A stretch of 64,000 nucleotides of DNA from Dipteris shenzhenensis (Eukaryota). Of the stretch, positions 11,056 through 24,003 are shown one piece after another. Both the position numbers and the translations under genes were made by a program. How positions within the stretch are numbered: position 1 is the stretch's first letter; each line of letters starts with the position of its first letter. The DNA is taken from assembly GCA_047967505.1 (NCBI GenBank), contig CM106538.1; one strand, given 5' to 3'. The notes under the pieces are model-generated. The model was not told the origin of the DNA. It saw nothing but the letters and a program-made list of their open reading frames with translations, and did not search any database.

Positions 11056-14000
11056 TTAAATAAGAGCATTTACATCAACTGTTTCATCTTGAGCCAAGTC
11101 TAAGGCGCCAAGCAAGTCTATCTCCAACTCTATACCGAGTTGATCTCCTATATCATCATCGTACTCTAGCATCGTACGTTCACCTAAAAGTATTTGATCA
11201 TCTTCTTCAATTAAGCTTAAGTGTGGTGATTGATCTTGACGATTGTTGTCTTCCTCGTCAATATCGTGATCTCCATCCTCCTCCCGTGCGATGTCATTAT
11301 GCGCATCTTCCTCTTGCCTCATATGGTGATCTACATCTTCTTCGCTAGATTCATCAATTGGATCCGGCATTGGTAGTGGCATCTCCATATCCACATCTCG
11401 ATCTTCAAAAATCTGCTTACTTCGTGGTGCAACTTGGATCACGTACCACCATCTTGGATCAGAACGATCTGGATGAAAAACCACCTATATTGAAGATGAA
11501 AAATCACATGCCAAATGTCGTCAATTATATATATATCAATGGACTTAAAAAACGAAAGCTTCGACTAATTAAATCATTAGTATGCACCTGCTCACAGTGC
11601 TCGGGAAGAACAAAAGTATCACTTTCATCGGTCCAATGTTTGGTGGAGTCTATTGCAAAGAGACCGCTACCATCTTTTCTCACAGTCGCATGGGGACCGT
11701 TGTAAGTAGTTCTAAACCATTTTACATCAAGAATGAAAATAGTAAATCGTCTGAAATCAATTTCATAGATGTCGCGTATGGTTTCACAATAATCCAACTG
11801 TGAGGAGAGAAGATTGGTATCCGAAGCACTTGCTCGGCTATCTTGTGTGAAGTTAGCCATGACTCCACAATCATACGTGACTCTCTTTGAATCGATGCGT
11901 TCTACGCGAAAATGTCATCCATATGACCATAATGCACTGTACTTTTTGTACTGTAAAAGAGCATCATTAAAACAATGAAGATGCACCTATTTTATAGCAT
12001 ATATTGCCACAAATAATTACTTAATTACATCAAGAGATAAGAAACTTACATGCACCATACATCCAGATGATAACTCCCGCTCGCGCTCGTTTATTGTCTC
12101 TCCATCACGTTCGGCTTTACGTATAGCTAGTTGTAGCCAATCAAGTGACATGTGAGTAGGGAGAAGAGCCAGATCTCGTGGATATGGTTGTGATCGCCTG
12201 TACATTACTCTGTATCTCGTCCTTGCATTTATACTTTCTGCTTTGGCCACTTCATATCTCTCAATCCACTTCTGCATCTCAGGGCTATTGAGGATACAAA
12301 ACTTATTGAATTTCTCCATTTGCTCTTCGCTCATCTTTCTTTCAATCCCTTTTCCTTGGGGGACCTCGCCAATGATGCGATCATCATCCTTGTTGTGCCA
12401 AAGCTTGCGGCATATCAGGATCCGTGGATGTAAGAAACTCTGTGATATATACTAATGACTCTTGCACAAGCCATCCCTCTGCCATGCTTGCTTCTGGTCT
12501 TGCTCTTTGTCTTAGAAACCCCTTTAAAGTTTTCATAAACCGCTCGAGAAAAAACATCCATCGATTATGAACGGTACCTGCTATAGCCACCTCATCAACT
12601 ATGTGCACAAGCAAGTGGACTTGAGTTGTCATAATGCTTGAGGGAAAGTGCTTCTCAAGCAAGCATACGGCTTTGATGGATTCCACCCTAGCCTTCTCGA
12701 TGCTCGATATAGAGATCTCTTTTTGAGATATCCACCTATTTCACATGTCCATGCATATGTAAGATATTTGAGATATCCACCTATTTCACATGTCCATGAA
12801 GAAAATACATAATGCGAATTGATAGTAAGCATACCTCACAATACCACAGATCTTGAATATAGCATTTCTAACATCTTCTTATAAGCACCCTTTTATTGTG
12901 ATTGGAAGGATGAACTATCAAAGCAACAATGAAATCATGTCAACAATATAACATAATAATAATTACGCTAATGCATCACTATTATCGGTACACTAATTCT
13001 ACTTAGAATACCTGTAAGACCTTGTGCCAATCATGGGACTTGAGGCCACTAAGCTTATTGTCCTTTGAAAATGGTCCTTTCAAGCAACGCATGTACCCTG
13101 TCGGTGTTTTAAAAGAGGCAATGTCTGCCTTGATCGCTGCCTCCTCCCTCGTAGAGAGGATCCACGTTGCTTTCGGGAGGACAACTTTTCCTGAAGCATG
13201 CACTTGGGGCCACAAACGAGACATCCTATTCATAGCACGCAAGTCTTCTCGCACTCCTCTCGAGTCCTTGGAACCAACCAAGTGTGCCCAAATGGTAGCC
13301 CCCACATTCTTAAAGATATGCATGGGATCCAAGAGATGATTGATTTGTAACTGACCCCAATAAGGAAGCTCGTGAAAGATCGATAGCCTCTTCATACCAG
13401 GAGGAGGTTCCTCTCCATTCTCCCTCCAAGCTTGAATCCAATCACTTGCTTTCAAATATGATGGTGGTGGATCAAGCTGACCTCCACGTGCGAGATGGTC
13501 GAGCGGAAGGTATCGAGCATGACCTTCATAAACATTTTTCCTCATGTGTTTGGAGTAACGTGCAAGCGATTTCAGAGCGGGTCCACAAACAGGACAAGCA
13601 TGGTACCCACTTGTAACAAGCCCTGCACGCATGCATGAATATGTTAGTACAAGACATGCGTGCAAAAGAGAGTAAAAAAAGCATAATCCCTCATTGTACA
13701 TGTAAAGACATAACCACGTACCTGCGCACTCTCCATATCCTAGGTAGTCATGCATGGTCCACATCAAGATACCCCTGACTAAAATATCATTGGTATGCCT
13801 AGGAGCTCTGGAAATATCAAAGACCTGCACTCCTCTCCATAATATCTGTAACTCCTCTATCAAAGGTGCCATGTACACGTCCATGTTTTTTGCCTTGTAC
13901 TTTCCTGGCACAAGTAGTGCAAGCATGAGGTGTCCCTTTTTTATTGTTAGCCATGGTGGGATATTGTAATTCACCACGACTATGGGCCATGTCGACCAAG

Positions 14001-15102
14001 ATGTCGAGCGTAACCCGAAAGGATTCACGCCGTCCATGGCTAGCCCAAGATGTAAGTTGCGTGGCTCTCTCGCAAAGTCCGGCCACTGATTATCTGTGTG
14101 CTTCCAAGCCGTACAATCTGCGGGAATCCTCAATGTGTGATCAGTGGACCGATGAGATGCATGCCATGTCATCAACTCCGCTATGGATTTGCATCGAAAC
14201 ATGTGTTGTATTCTTGCAATGATGGGAAAGTGTCTTAAGACCTTTACCGGTATCCTCTCACCCTGCAAGTCATCTCTATATCGTTGTTCCCCACACTTTG
14301 GACAACTAGCCAAATCTCCATGCTCACGACGAAAGAGAATACAATCATTACGGCAAGCATGGATGGTATCGTAATCCATACCCACCATTGTTAGCATCTT
14401 TTTCGCTTCATCTCTTGATGCAGGCAACATCTTTTGGAGCAACCTATGACAAAGACACTATCCAAATGATGATTCTCAAAACAAACAATATCCAAATAAT
14501 GAGTCAATCAAATTAATGCAAGGGCTAACCTCATTAAGGCCGAGACACTTGTATCCGACCACCCATACTGTACTTGTAGATTCAAGATTGAGAGACAAGC
14601 ACGTAGTTTAGACATCCTGGCACCCTCGTACAATTGTGTTGATTGCAACTCTCACATTTTCACCTCAGACTCTGACATCACGTGTACGTGGGATGTAGTG
14701 CCCCTAAAAATGGAATGCATCATGTCGACCATACCCTCGTCGTCATCCGGGAGACTATAGTCTTGTTGAAAGTGAGAAGGTATATGTGTACCCTCGTCAC
14801 CCTCGTCATCCTATCATAAGCTCATTCGTGTAAATAGAAGATCTTCTAATTCCGGGTATACAATAAGATTGCGAACTTAAATAGCTTTGACTTACCGATG
14901 ATCCATCAACATGTGCAACACCAACGGGGGGTACTGGTTCCGGCTCCTCCCCATACATCCGCAAGTGGCGCATGATAATACAACGTTGATGTCGTACTTC
15001 TCGCTTGCAATGAGTGCAATAACAATATAACCTCTCCGTAAGCCACTTCGTGCTCCCGGGCGTTGGCGCATCATCGGATGAGCTTCCACTCGTCCCTTCC
15101 AT
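11056..15102 (-). CDS. CACTA transposase (TnpD/Tnp2-like), multi-exon, probably carrying lesions
   Basis: IHACRNDCILF...CPKCGEQRY, LGLAMDGVNPFG...STWP, WTMHDY, HLLDPMHIFKNV, GLKSHDWH, HLLVH...RWMFFLERFMKTLK, FVLPEHCEQV; GT-AG introns (e.g. donor at 14895). Confidence 0.92.
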
Positions 15103-15338
15103 CTACACTTATAAAACCAAAACATAAGCATGAAGAGGAGATGTACACAATTATGAGCATAGCATGTTTAATTTGAGCTTCTCTTGAGGCTATATAAAAA
15201 GAATGACGTCCCTATATAGTAAGGATTGAAACAAAAAATCCTATATAGTAAGGCTATGTAGTAAGAGGAGATATTGACAATTATAGGCATAGCATGTTTG
15301 AGCTTCACAAGAGGCCACACCAAGAAATAAACAGTAAG

Positions 15339-15471
15339 CGTCGCTATATAGCGACGCTCTGTTCCGTCGCTATATAGCGTCGATTTTAATTTAAAACGTC
15401 GCTATATAGCGACGCTTTAAATAAAAAACGTCGCTATATAGCGACGAATAAGCGTCGCTATATAGCGACGC
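15339..15471. promoter_or_regulatory. Internal cluster of 5 CGTCGCTATATAGCGACG palindromes between the divergent CACTA genes
   Basis: Same motif as the subterminal repeats; a regulatory role is inferred from position only. Confidence 0.7.
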
Positions 15472-16359
15472 TGTGGGTTAAAACCCGAAATGCCAAAACC
15501 CGCGGCGTTTTGCTCAAAGCTTTCCTAATCTCTCAAGTAAGCTCCCCAAAATCTCCTCCCACCTATTTTCACTGACCTCCCATCTATTCCAAGCAACCTC
15601 CTACTCTATTTCCCACTCCTCACCCTTCTCCTACCTCTTGTGCACCCTCTCTCTCCTTTTTCCCTCTTTGGTTTCCAGAAAGAAAGTTCTTCAAAAGGTG
15701 AGTTTCTTTCAACAATGTAGGTTGTTTGTTTGTTAGCTTTGGTTTTGTGAGTGTTTCTACTTGTATTGCTAAAGTTTTAAACTAGTTTTCATGCTTGATT
15801 AGAAAGGATTCAAACAAAAAACGAAATTTCAAGAAAGAAAGAAAGAAACTCACCTCTTCTTCCTGTATTTCTCTTCCTTCTCTTCCTTCTCTTCTCCTCA
15901 ATCTCCTCCTTTCCTTGTCTCCTCAATCTTCTCTTTCCTTGTCTCCTTTCAAGAAGTTGCTTTTGTGATCTCCTCTTTCCACTAACATCTTATTTGAAAA
16001 AATGGGTTGTTTTCTCTCTTTTGTAGGGCCAGTCCACTACACCGAGCGGGACATACTCTCTCTTTTGTGGGCCCAGTCCACTACACCGAGCGGGACATAC
16101 TTTTGCAGGTAAGTGCTTCCTCTTCTTTCCATTTAAGCTTTTTGTTATTTGCATTGGCCTGCAGCTAGCGCCTTAAGCGCTAGCTGCAGTGATGGGCGTA
16201 GGAACCCTCTCTTCCCCCTTCTCTTTTTCTCATTTTTCCCCCTTCTCTTTTTTCCCTCTTCTCTTATTCTCTCTTTCCCCCTTCTCTCTTTCCCCCTCTC
16301 TCTTTTCCCTTCTCTCTTTCCTTTCCCCCTTATTCTCTATTTCCTTTCCCTCTTATTCT

Positions 16360-17490
16360 CTTATGCTTATGCTTCTCTCATTCCCCCTTCTCTATTTCCC
16401 CCTTCTCTCATTCGCACAAGCTCTTTTTCTGCATAAGCTCCTTCTCTTTTTCCGCATGAGCTTATGCTTATGCTTATGCATAAGCATAAGCATAAGCATA
16501 AGCATAAGCTCATGCTTATGCTCATTCATGAGAATGAGCTTATGCGTAAGTTTCCGCAAGAGCTTATGCGGAAATAGAGAATGAGAGAAGCATATGCTTC
16601 TCTCATTCTCTTTTTCCGCATAAGCTCCTTCTCTTTTTCCGCATGAGCATAAGCATGAGCTTATGCTTATGCTTATGCATAAGCATAAGCATAAGCTCAT
16701 GCTTATGCTCATTCATGAGCATGAGCTTATGCGTAAGTTTCCGCAAGAGCTTATGCGGAAATAGAGAATGAGAGAAGCTTATGCTTCTCTCATTCTCTTT
16801 TTCCGCATAAGCTCCTTCTCTCTTTCCGCATAAGCTCCTTCTCTATTTTCGCATGAGCATAAGCATGAGCTTATGCTTATGCTTATGCTTAAGCATAAGC
16901 ATAAGCATAAGCTCATGCTTATGCTCATGCATGAGCATGAGCTTATGCGCAAGTTTCCGCATAAGCTTATGCGGAAATAGAGAATGAGAGAAGCTTATGC
17001 TTCTCTCATTCTCTTTTTCCGCATAAGCTCCTTCTCTTTTTCCGCATGAGCATAAGCATGAGCTTATGCTTATGCTTAAGCATAAGCATTCCGCATGAGC
17101 TTATGCTCATGCATGAGCATGAGCTTATGCGCAAGTTTCCGCATAAGCTTATGCGGAAATAGAGAATGAGAGAAGCTTATGCTTCTCTCATTCTCTTTTT
17201 CCGCATAAGCTCCTTCTCTATTTCCGCATGAGCATAAGCTCCTTCTCTCTTTCCGCATGAGCTCCTTCTCTCTTTTCGCATAAGCTCCTTCTCTATATCC
17301 ACATGAGCATAAGCATGAGCTTATGCTTATGCTTATGCATAAGCATAAGCATAAGCTCATGCTTATGCTCATGCATGAGCATGAGCTTATGCGTAAGTTT
17401 CCGCATAAGCTCCTTCTCTTTTTCCGCATGAGCATAAGCATGAGCTTATGCTTATGCTTATGCATAAGCATAAGCATAAGCATATGCCTA
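16360..17490. repeat. Palindromic ATGCTT/AAGCAT satellite with about 180-215 bp higher-order units, inside a predicted intron (16109-17547)
   Basis: Hairpin GCGGAAATAGAGAATGAGAGAAGC..GCTTCTCTCATTCTCTTTTTCCGC recurs at about 16568, 16755, 16971 and 17153. Confidence 0.9.
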
Positions 17491-17549
17491 TGAGAATGCT
17501 CATGTTTGTTTATTTGTTTTCTGTTTTCGTGTTTGTGTCTATGTTAGAC

Positions 17550-19114
17550 ATGGGATCACGTCGCTCATCGGACGAGTACGGACAGCCTCGCAGGAGGAGA
17601 GCTCACGATCTATATGCTCCAGAGGACTTTGATTCCTCTCAGGCGACTACCCCGAGGACTACCCCTGGTCCGACTCCTCTCGGTCCTAGCACTGTGACTA
17701 CCCCTGGTCCGACCCCTCTTCCACGTAGCACTGCGACTACCCCTCAGGGGACTCCTTTGCTAGCCGCGCATGGCTTTGTTGGGACTCCCGACGAGTTTGT
17801 AGCGCAGATGAGCGATGAGGAGGCAGCGAGATTCTTCTCTCTGCTCTCTCAGAGGACCTCCGCAATTCCTTCCCCTACACCGATGGGTGGACGTACAGCC
17901 CAGCCATCCCCTCGCGCCCCTTCGACCGCGGGATCATCACCTGCGCATGCCTCCCGCAAGGGAAGGAAGAGTAGGATGGGCGGCTCATGTTGTGCTGACT
18001 CAGGAGATGTAGACGAGTCAGCACACTCACGCTCCTTTAGGTCTCCACTTGGTCCGGAGACACAGTATCAGTCAGGTCCCTTTCCCTCTAGCTACTCCTC
18101 GATCCGGAAGCGGTCGCGCAGCTTCCACTCCTTCAGACTCTGCTACCGTCAGTCCCCCTTACTCATCAGGGGATCTCTCCTATCAAATCACATCTGCCAG
18201 AGAGATAATAGAAGACAAAAAGGGCAAAGCAGTGATGGCCGCCATGAGGCGGTTGATGAGTCATCACTTCAAGAGCGGCATAAATATCGATTGGTGGTAT
18301 CAAGATGCCCAAAAGAAGCAGGCGGTGATCGATGAGTTAAAACACAGATATCCTAATCCGCCAAATGTGGAGTTTAATAACAGTTATATGCTCGAGCGCA
18401 TGGGTTTGGTCCTAAAGCATCGCAGATCAACCATGCGTACTTCCATTACAAAGGGGTTGGCTAAATCCAGCTGGGCAGACAAAGCTGATTGGAAGTACTT
18501 CAAGAAGCAACATAGGGACCATCCCGAAATGTTCGAGGGTCAGAGGAGGGCTGCGAAGAGACGGCTGGACGTCGTAGGTACTTCGCACTTTGGTGCAGGC
18601 AGACGGTATGCGTTCGAGGCAACCGTGGTAAGTTTACTTCTTTCCATTTAATGTATTGTTCTATTTGCTTTACTTACATATTACATGCACTTTAGCTAAC
18701 TCTAACTCTCGTAAATTGGATCCACAGCAAGCTGCGATGGGTCGTCTTCCTATGGATACAGAGATGCGGCGCGCATTTCGGATAGGAACCAAGCTGTGGT
18801 TCATTGAGCAGGAGGCAATGGGAGCGACAGTCGATTGGGCTGAGGTGGCTACTCGCATGGTATAAGTTTACTCCTACTTGTAATCTCACTTTTTAATTTA
18901 AGTTCCAATCTAATTTTCAATTTATATGGTTCACTCTTAGGGTCAAAGCTCAAGCGTCCCATCATCAGAGACGAGCGATCAACAGGGGCAAGGATCGGAC
19001 GTAGGTGCCGAGGACGAGGGAGAAGACGCAGGTGTCAGGGACGAGGGAGAAGATGCAGGTGCCGAGGACCAGGGAACAGCCCAACAAGACGATTCGGATT
19101 CGGATTCGGATTAG
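17550..19114 (+). CDS. CACTA second gene (TnpA/ORF2-like accessory protein), 3 coding exons, one apparent frameshift near 18050
   Basis: ATG at 17550 after acceptor TTAG; introns at about 18628-18728 and 18860-18940 (GT..AG); Pro/Ser/Thr-rich N-terminus, basic helical core (W..FKKQH..P...GQRRAAKRR...SHFGAG), acidic C-terminal tail ending at TAG 19112-19114. Confidence 0.7.
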
Positions 19115-19390
19115 TAGTGGTAGTAGCATTTTGTATATCCGCTCGTTAGAGCAATTTTGTATCGCCCTTTCACAGGGTAATTTTGTTTCAAACACAGTTG
19201 TATATGTATATGCATTTCTTCCTCATCGTTCACAAGAACAATTTTGTATCACCCTGCAAGCAAGGGAAATTTTGTTATAAAAAACTTTCTTTTGTAATTA
19301 CAAAAAAAAAAAAAGGGTTAGTGGGGCTAAACAGGGCCAAAAGGAAGCCCTGTTTAGCCCCACTAGCCCTTTTTTTTAACTTCTGTTAAT

Positions 19391-19590
19391 CGTCGCTATA
19401 TAGCGACGTTTACCAGTGTCGCTATATAGCGACGATTATCAGAGTCGCTATATAGCGACGTTTGCATCGTCGCTATATAGCGACGTTTGCATCGTCGCTA
19501 TATAGCGACGATTAACAGTGTCGCTATATAGCGACGGTTTATAGCGACGCTCCTTTTTCGATGATTTTAATGACTTTTATAGCGACCTTT
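19391..19590. repeat. Right subterminal cluster of CGTCGCTATATAGCGACG palindromes (6 near-full copies + partials)
   Basis: Direct inspection. Confidence 0.92.
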
Positions 19591-19669
19591 GCGCCCGTGA
19601 AAAAAGAAATTTTTAATGTAAAAAGCGTCGGTATTTCCGTCGGAAAATGGCCTATGCCTTGTAGTGATA

Positions 19670-20840
19670 ATTTCATAATTACTTGGTTTGACTCCAAGAA
19701 CTTTATCAGTATCCATGAAACCATCCATGCTTGATAAGATATCACTTTTGACATCTTTGCCCAAGTTCTCAATGTTCATGAACTCATCCACTCTGGATAA
19801 GGCATCACTTGTGAAATCTTTTTCTTTCTCAGGCCAATGAACTCATCGACTCCTGATAAGATGTAAGTGCTATAGTTGAGTGCATTAGAATCATTTATCT
19901 TTGAAGGAATAGAGCTTGGTACATTGACATATTCTTTCAATTCTTTGATATTGTAGATACATTATGTTTATTATTAAAAACCACAATATGCCAAGTCTTT
20001 CCAATCTTTAAATATTGCACGCTCCATCTCAAATCCTTACCTGCCTCATATTAGGGACCATCCAATGATATTAAGCTATCATCCATACCATCATCATCTC
20101 AGTAACTTTTTGAATTCTCATCTACGCAAATATCTAGTGTTCCACTTGTTAAAATCCCAAGACTTGACCTTCTGCTATGTTCTTATTTGCAAATGATATC
20201 ATTTGTAAAATATCTTTCACTCTAAAATCCAAAGATATGCACTTTGTATTCCTAATGACATGTGTTGGATAAGTCTAATCTCTGTCTCATGCAATAAATG
20301 TTTTCATGGAAGTATTATAGGGCATAACATCTTCAAGGATTTCCATATCCTCACACTTATGCTTTAGCTCAACATGTGCACTAAGAATCTTTGATGCAAT
20401 AACCACTACCTTATCTTCGGCAAGTCTTCTAAAGTGACAAATAGAATTTCTCGGGGGGGTCACTATGTATAAACCCTCTATATCACGTGCGTTCAAGGCC
20501 TATATTTAAAATCCCTTATCTGTAAATTTTTTCATTAATAAAATGTATCCCTTTTCTATACAAATCTGTAAATTTTTTCCAAAACTATTTTAAATAGTCC
20601 CTTATGTATATTTATTTCTGTAAATTTTAGGAATAAAAAATATCCTTCTTTTGAACTCACATGATAGGGTTACATATGATGAGTGACCCCCCCGAGTAGA
20701 ATTTAGATCACTTTCATGGATTGTAGCAAATGCAACTACTTCTCTTTTGCAATATAGAATCACCTCCATCTGTGGGAAAAAATTTATAGCCATCTCCTTT
20801 GTAAGATTCCTTTGCAAGCAAGCTGTAACAACCATTATAA
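19670..20840 (-). pseudogene. Probable 5' exons of the Sola-like transposase gene, split by the CACTA element and MITE 2
   Basis: Repeat peptides SDILSSMDGF, SDALSRVDEF and ILSGVDEF match SDVLSGIDEF on the other side of the CACTA element; splice donor at 20040; the frame SDLNS|ICHFRR is restored on removing MITE 2. Confidence 0.5.
20450..20696. mobile_element. MITE family 2, copy 1 (TIR CTCGGGGGGGTCACT, 8-bp TSD TAGAATTT)
   Basis: Perfect 15-bp TIRs, TSD at 20442-20449 and 20697-20704; inverted homologue at 40321-40565. Confidence 0.93.
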
Positions 20841-20980
20841 AGAAAATTAGTCTCTTTTTGATAATCTACTTTATTAATTATTTAGAAATCTAGATCTTGT
20901 TTAGAAAATATGGGAGGTCTTATTTAGAAATTCGGGTTTTCAATAAAGGATTTAGGATCTAGTAATTAGCAATTTCCTAG

Positions 20981-21452
20981 ACCCAAACCCTCTAAACCCT
21001 ACACTTTAAACTAAACCCTAAATTCCAAAGCCTTAATTCAAAAACTCTAAACCCTAATCCTTGCTCTTTAAACCCTAAACCCTAATGTTGGCTCTCTAAA
21101 TCATAAACCCTAAATCTAAGCCCCAACCCCTAAATCCTAAATCCTAATCCCTAAACCCTAAGTCCTAAACCCTAACCCCTAATCCCTAAACCCTAAACCC
21201 TAATTCTAAACCTCAAAACCATAAACCCTAAATCCTAAAATCTAACCCCTAAACCCTTAAGGCCTAATCCCTAAACCCTAAACCTTAAATCTTGAACCCT
21301 AACCCCTAATCCCTATACCCTAATCCTAGCCCTCGATCCCGTAAACCCTAAATCTTAAACCCTAACTCCTAATCCCTAAACCCTAACCCTTAAACCCTAA
21401 ACTCTAACCCCTAACCCTTAAACCCAAATCCCTAATCCCTAAACCTTAATCC
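20981..21452. repeat. Interstitial degenerate telomeric array (CCCTAAA/CCCTAA)n
   Basis: Dozens of CCCTAAA variants over about 470 bp. Confidence 0.92.
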
Positions 21453-21454
21453 AA

Positions 21455-22722
21455 CATGTTCAATTGCCGGATCATTACTTCTTGCATTCTCGTGTATATT
21501 TTATGCCTGCATTGAAAACGCATGTATAATTCATCTCAATTTTATAGTTGAAACAAAGTCTATTGAAACATTATTTGTAAAGAGATTAATGTAAAATCAA
21601 GGAGAGACATGATGCAAACGAGAAAAGTTTACTTACTCATAAAATTCATTGCCCATTTCATCCAAAGAGAGATCCCTAGACACCACTTTGCCAAACACAG
21701 ACTTAATTAGAATCTCATCTTTAATTCCCTGCATGCTCTTCCATGCTGTGGCTCAAATCTCTTCAGGTAATGCCTTCAAGGTCTGGGTTTCTTTCTTGAA
21801 TCCTTCAGGAATGAGTTTTTTCTACCCTTTGATTTCAAAATTCTCCCACTTTAAAAAAATTGCATTTATCTGATCCCAAACTTCGCCACTACGAAATGCA
21901 ATTTGAAACATCCCGTCCCATGATCTGAAGCTGTCACTTGGCCTTGATGGATCTTTATTGTTGTAGAAATCCCAGCCTCATTCAACAAAGACAAGTGAAA
22001 CTCTGGAGTGATCAAAGAACGTTCCTCTTTGAGTTTGGTAACGAACTCATTGTGATAGAAACGAACCCGTTCTATCCAAGACATGGGCTTCCTATAGTCA
22101 TTGTCATTATTGTGATCAAAAGCCAGTAAGTTTGCCTTCACATTAGTCAAACCATCATAAATTGTTCAATTACATGTCTTGTAATGAGAGTTGCATGGAA
22201 AATCAATATTCAACTACCTTTTTTGGTCTATTGAATGGGAACCTCCAAGAACAATGTAGTTATAATCATTTGCTTTTTGATGATCAAAAGATGCCTTGTC
22301 AGGACAATCTTTTCGATCCACGAGCACAATTTAGTTCACAACTTGTGCATGCGGATTGTCCTTCATTTGTGTCTTCAAATTCTCAATATGGAAAGGATGT
22401 ATTGTGCGCACCTCTAATGGTTGAAGGCCAGTGCTAGGATCAATAGGACATCTGATAACATGATTAATGTGCAAGAAGAAAGTCTATCGATCCACAAGGT
22501 TATCACGTTGTACCTTTGCACGCACTCTATTTTGATGTGTATCTGAGGTGCCATATCCAATGTCAGCTCCTGGTATTTGTACCTTACCCACTGGTTGGGA
22601 TTTCAATGATATCCAATGGCTGTACTCTCCTTGGATCCTTTGATCCTAGTTTACTCCATTTTTTCACTTGTGCAATAGATGGAGTCTCCTCAACAACATC
22701 CTCTCATAAGAATCCTCTAGAG
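21455..22722 (-). pseudogene. Partial duplicate of the ParB-like/methyltransferase gene (ParB-like region plus one intron)
   Basis: Collinear with 25949-27198; contains YIVLGGSHS and LLAFDHNNDNDYRKPMSWIERVRFYHNEF. Confidence 0.85.
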
Positions 22723-23074
22723 GGTTGGAGTGGGAGTGGGAGAGGGAGTGGTAGTGGGTTGGAGAGGGGAAGGTGTGAAAGAACAATGGAAGAGTAGGTA
22801 CTTGGATGGAGGGGCCAATGGGAGAGGAGATAATATGATGGAAGGGTCAATGGAGTGGAGACAATGAAATGTAGGAACCAATGAGAGAGAAGCACTTAAA
22901 ACCCTAGTTTTTCTTATATATACTCTCCTCCTCTCATTCTTTCTCCCATTTCAACAAGGAAGAGCAAGAGGAGAAGCAAGAGGAGGATCAAGAGTAAAAG
23001 CAAGTACAACTACATGATTCAATCCCAACTTTCTTCCATGTATTTTCTTTAAATTTTCTTCTTTGAAATTTTAT

Positions 23075-23459
23075 TCTAGAGAGAGAAAGAAGAGAGAGAG
23101 AGAGAGAAAGGTGGAGTGAGAGAAAGAGGGAGGGATGGGAGATGTAGAGAGAGAGAGGAGAGCAAGGAGGAAGTCACGCTGCCGTGGTAGCGCACAAGAG
23201 AGAGAGAGGGAGAGAAGGAGAGGTAGGTAGGGAGAGAGAGAGAGAGAGGCGGACATGAGAGAGAGAGAGAGGCACAGGAGAGGAGGGAAGGAAGAGAGCA
23301 AGAGAGAGAGGGAAGTCACGCTGCGAGAGAGAAAGAGAGGCACACAAGAGGAGGGGAGGCTTAGAGAGAGAGAGAAGAAATTCGTGCTACCACGGCAGCG
23401 CACAAGAAAGAGAGGGGGGGAGAGAGAGAGAGAGAGAGAGGTAGATAGGGACACAGCTG

Positions 23460-23501
<42 letters not shown>

Positions 23502-23758
23502 GCAAGGGAGAGGAGAGGAGAGGGAGAGAGAGAGGGGTGCATGAGAGCAGAGGAGGCATAGACAGAGAAAGGAGAGGGAGGAGGAGGTCGCGTTGCCACA
23601 ACAGCGTGCAACGCACACACATACACACACACATAGAGAGAGAGAGAGAGAGTGAAACATAAAGAGAGAGAGAGAGAGAGGAGAGAAGAGGAGAGGGGAG
23701 GGAGGGGAGAGAGTGAGAGAGAGGAAGGGAGAGAGAGCATTGCTGCAACAATGCACGC

Positions 23759-23804
<46 letters not shown>

Positions 23805-23843
23805 AGGGAAAGAGTGCTGCTATTGCGGTAGCGTGCATGCACG

Positions 23844-23880
<37 letters not shown>

Positions 23881-23949
23881 GCAGATGAGAGGGGAGAGAG
23901 AGAGAGGGAGAGAGAGAGAGGAAATGAAGAGGAGAGGAGAGAGAGAAGT

Positions 23950-24000
<51 letters not shown>
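23075..24000. repeat. Interrupted (GA)n microsatellite-rich tract
   Basis: Direct inspection. Confidence 0.93.

Positions 24001-24003
<3 letters not shown>

Larger units (their letters stand above)
10666..19666. mobile_element. Complete CACTA (En/Spm) DNA transposon, 9001 bp
   Basis: Starts CACTAC and ends GTAGTG; 3-bp TSD ATA (10663-10665 and 19667-19669); subterminal palindromes CGTCGCTATATAGCGACG at both ends; transposase inside. Confidence 0.96.

Noticed and set aside
12720-12800. Short local tandem duplications (also about 16020-16100, 24707-24950 and 56993-57075)
   Set aside because: Ordinary slippage-type duplications inside TEs with no further signal.
16189-17483. ML/HK/CL/IS-repeat ORFs
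   Set aside because: Translations of the hexamer satellite within a predicted intron.
19391-19590. CRISPR-like array of palindromic repeats with short spacers (also 10761-10880 and 15339-15471)
   Set aside because: Spacers are only about 6-14 bp, there are no cas genes, the context is eukaryotic, and position identifies them as CACTA subterminal repeats.
20981-21452. Functional chromosome end
   Set aside because: The array is short, degenerate and internal, with 21 kb of sequence beyond it.
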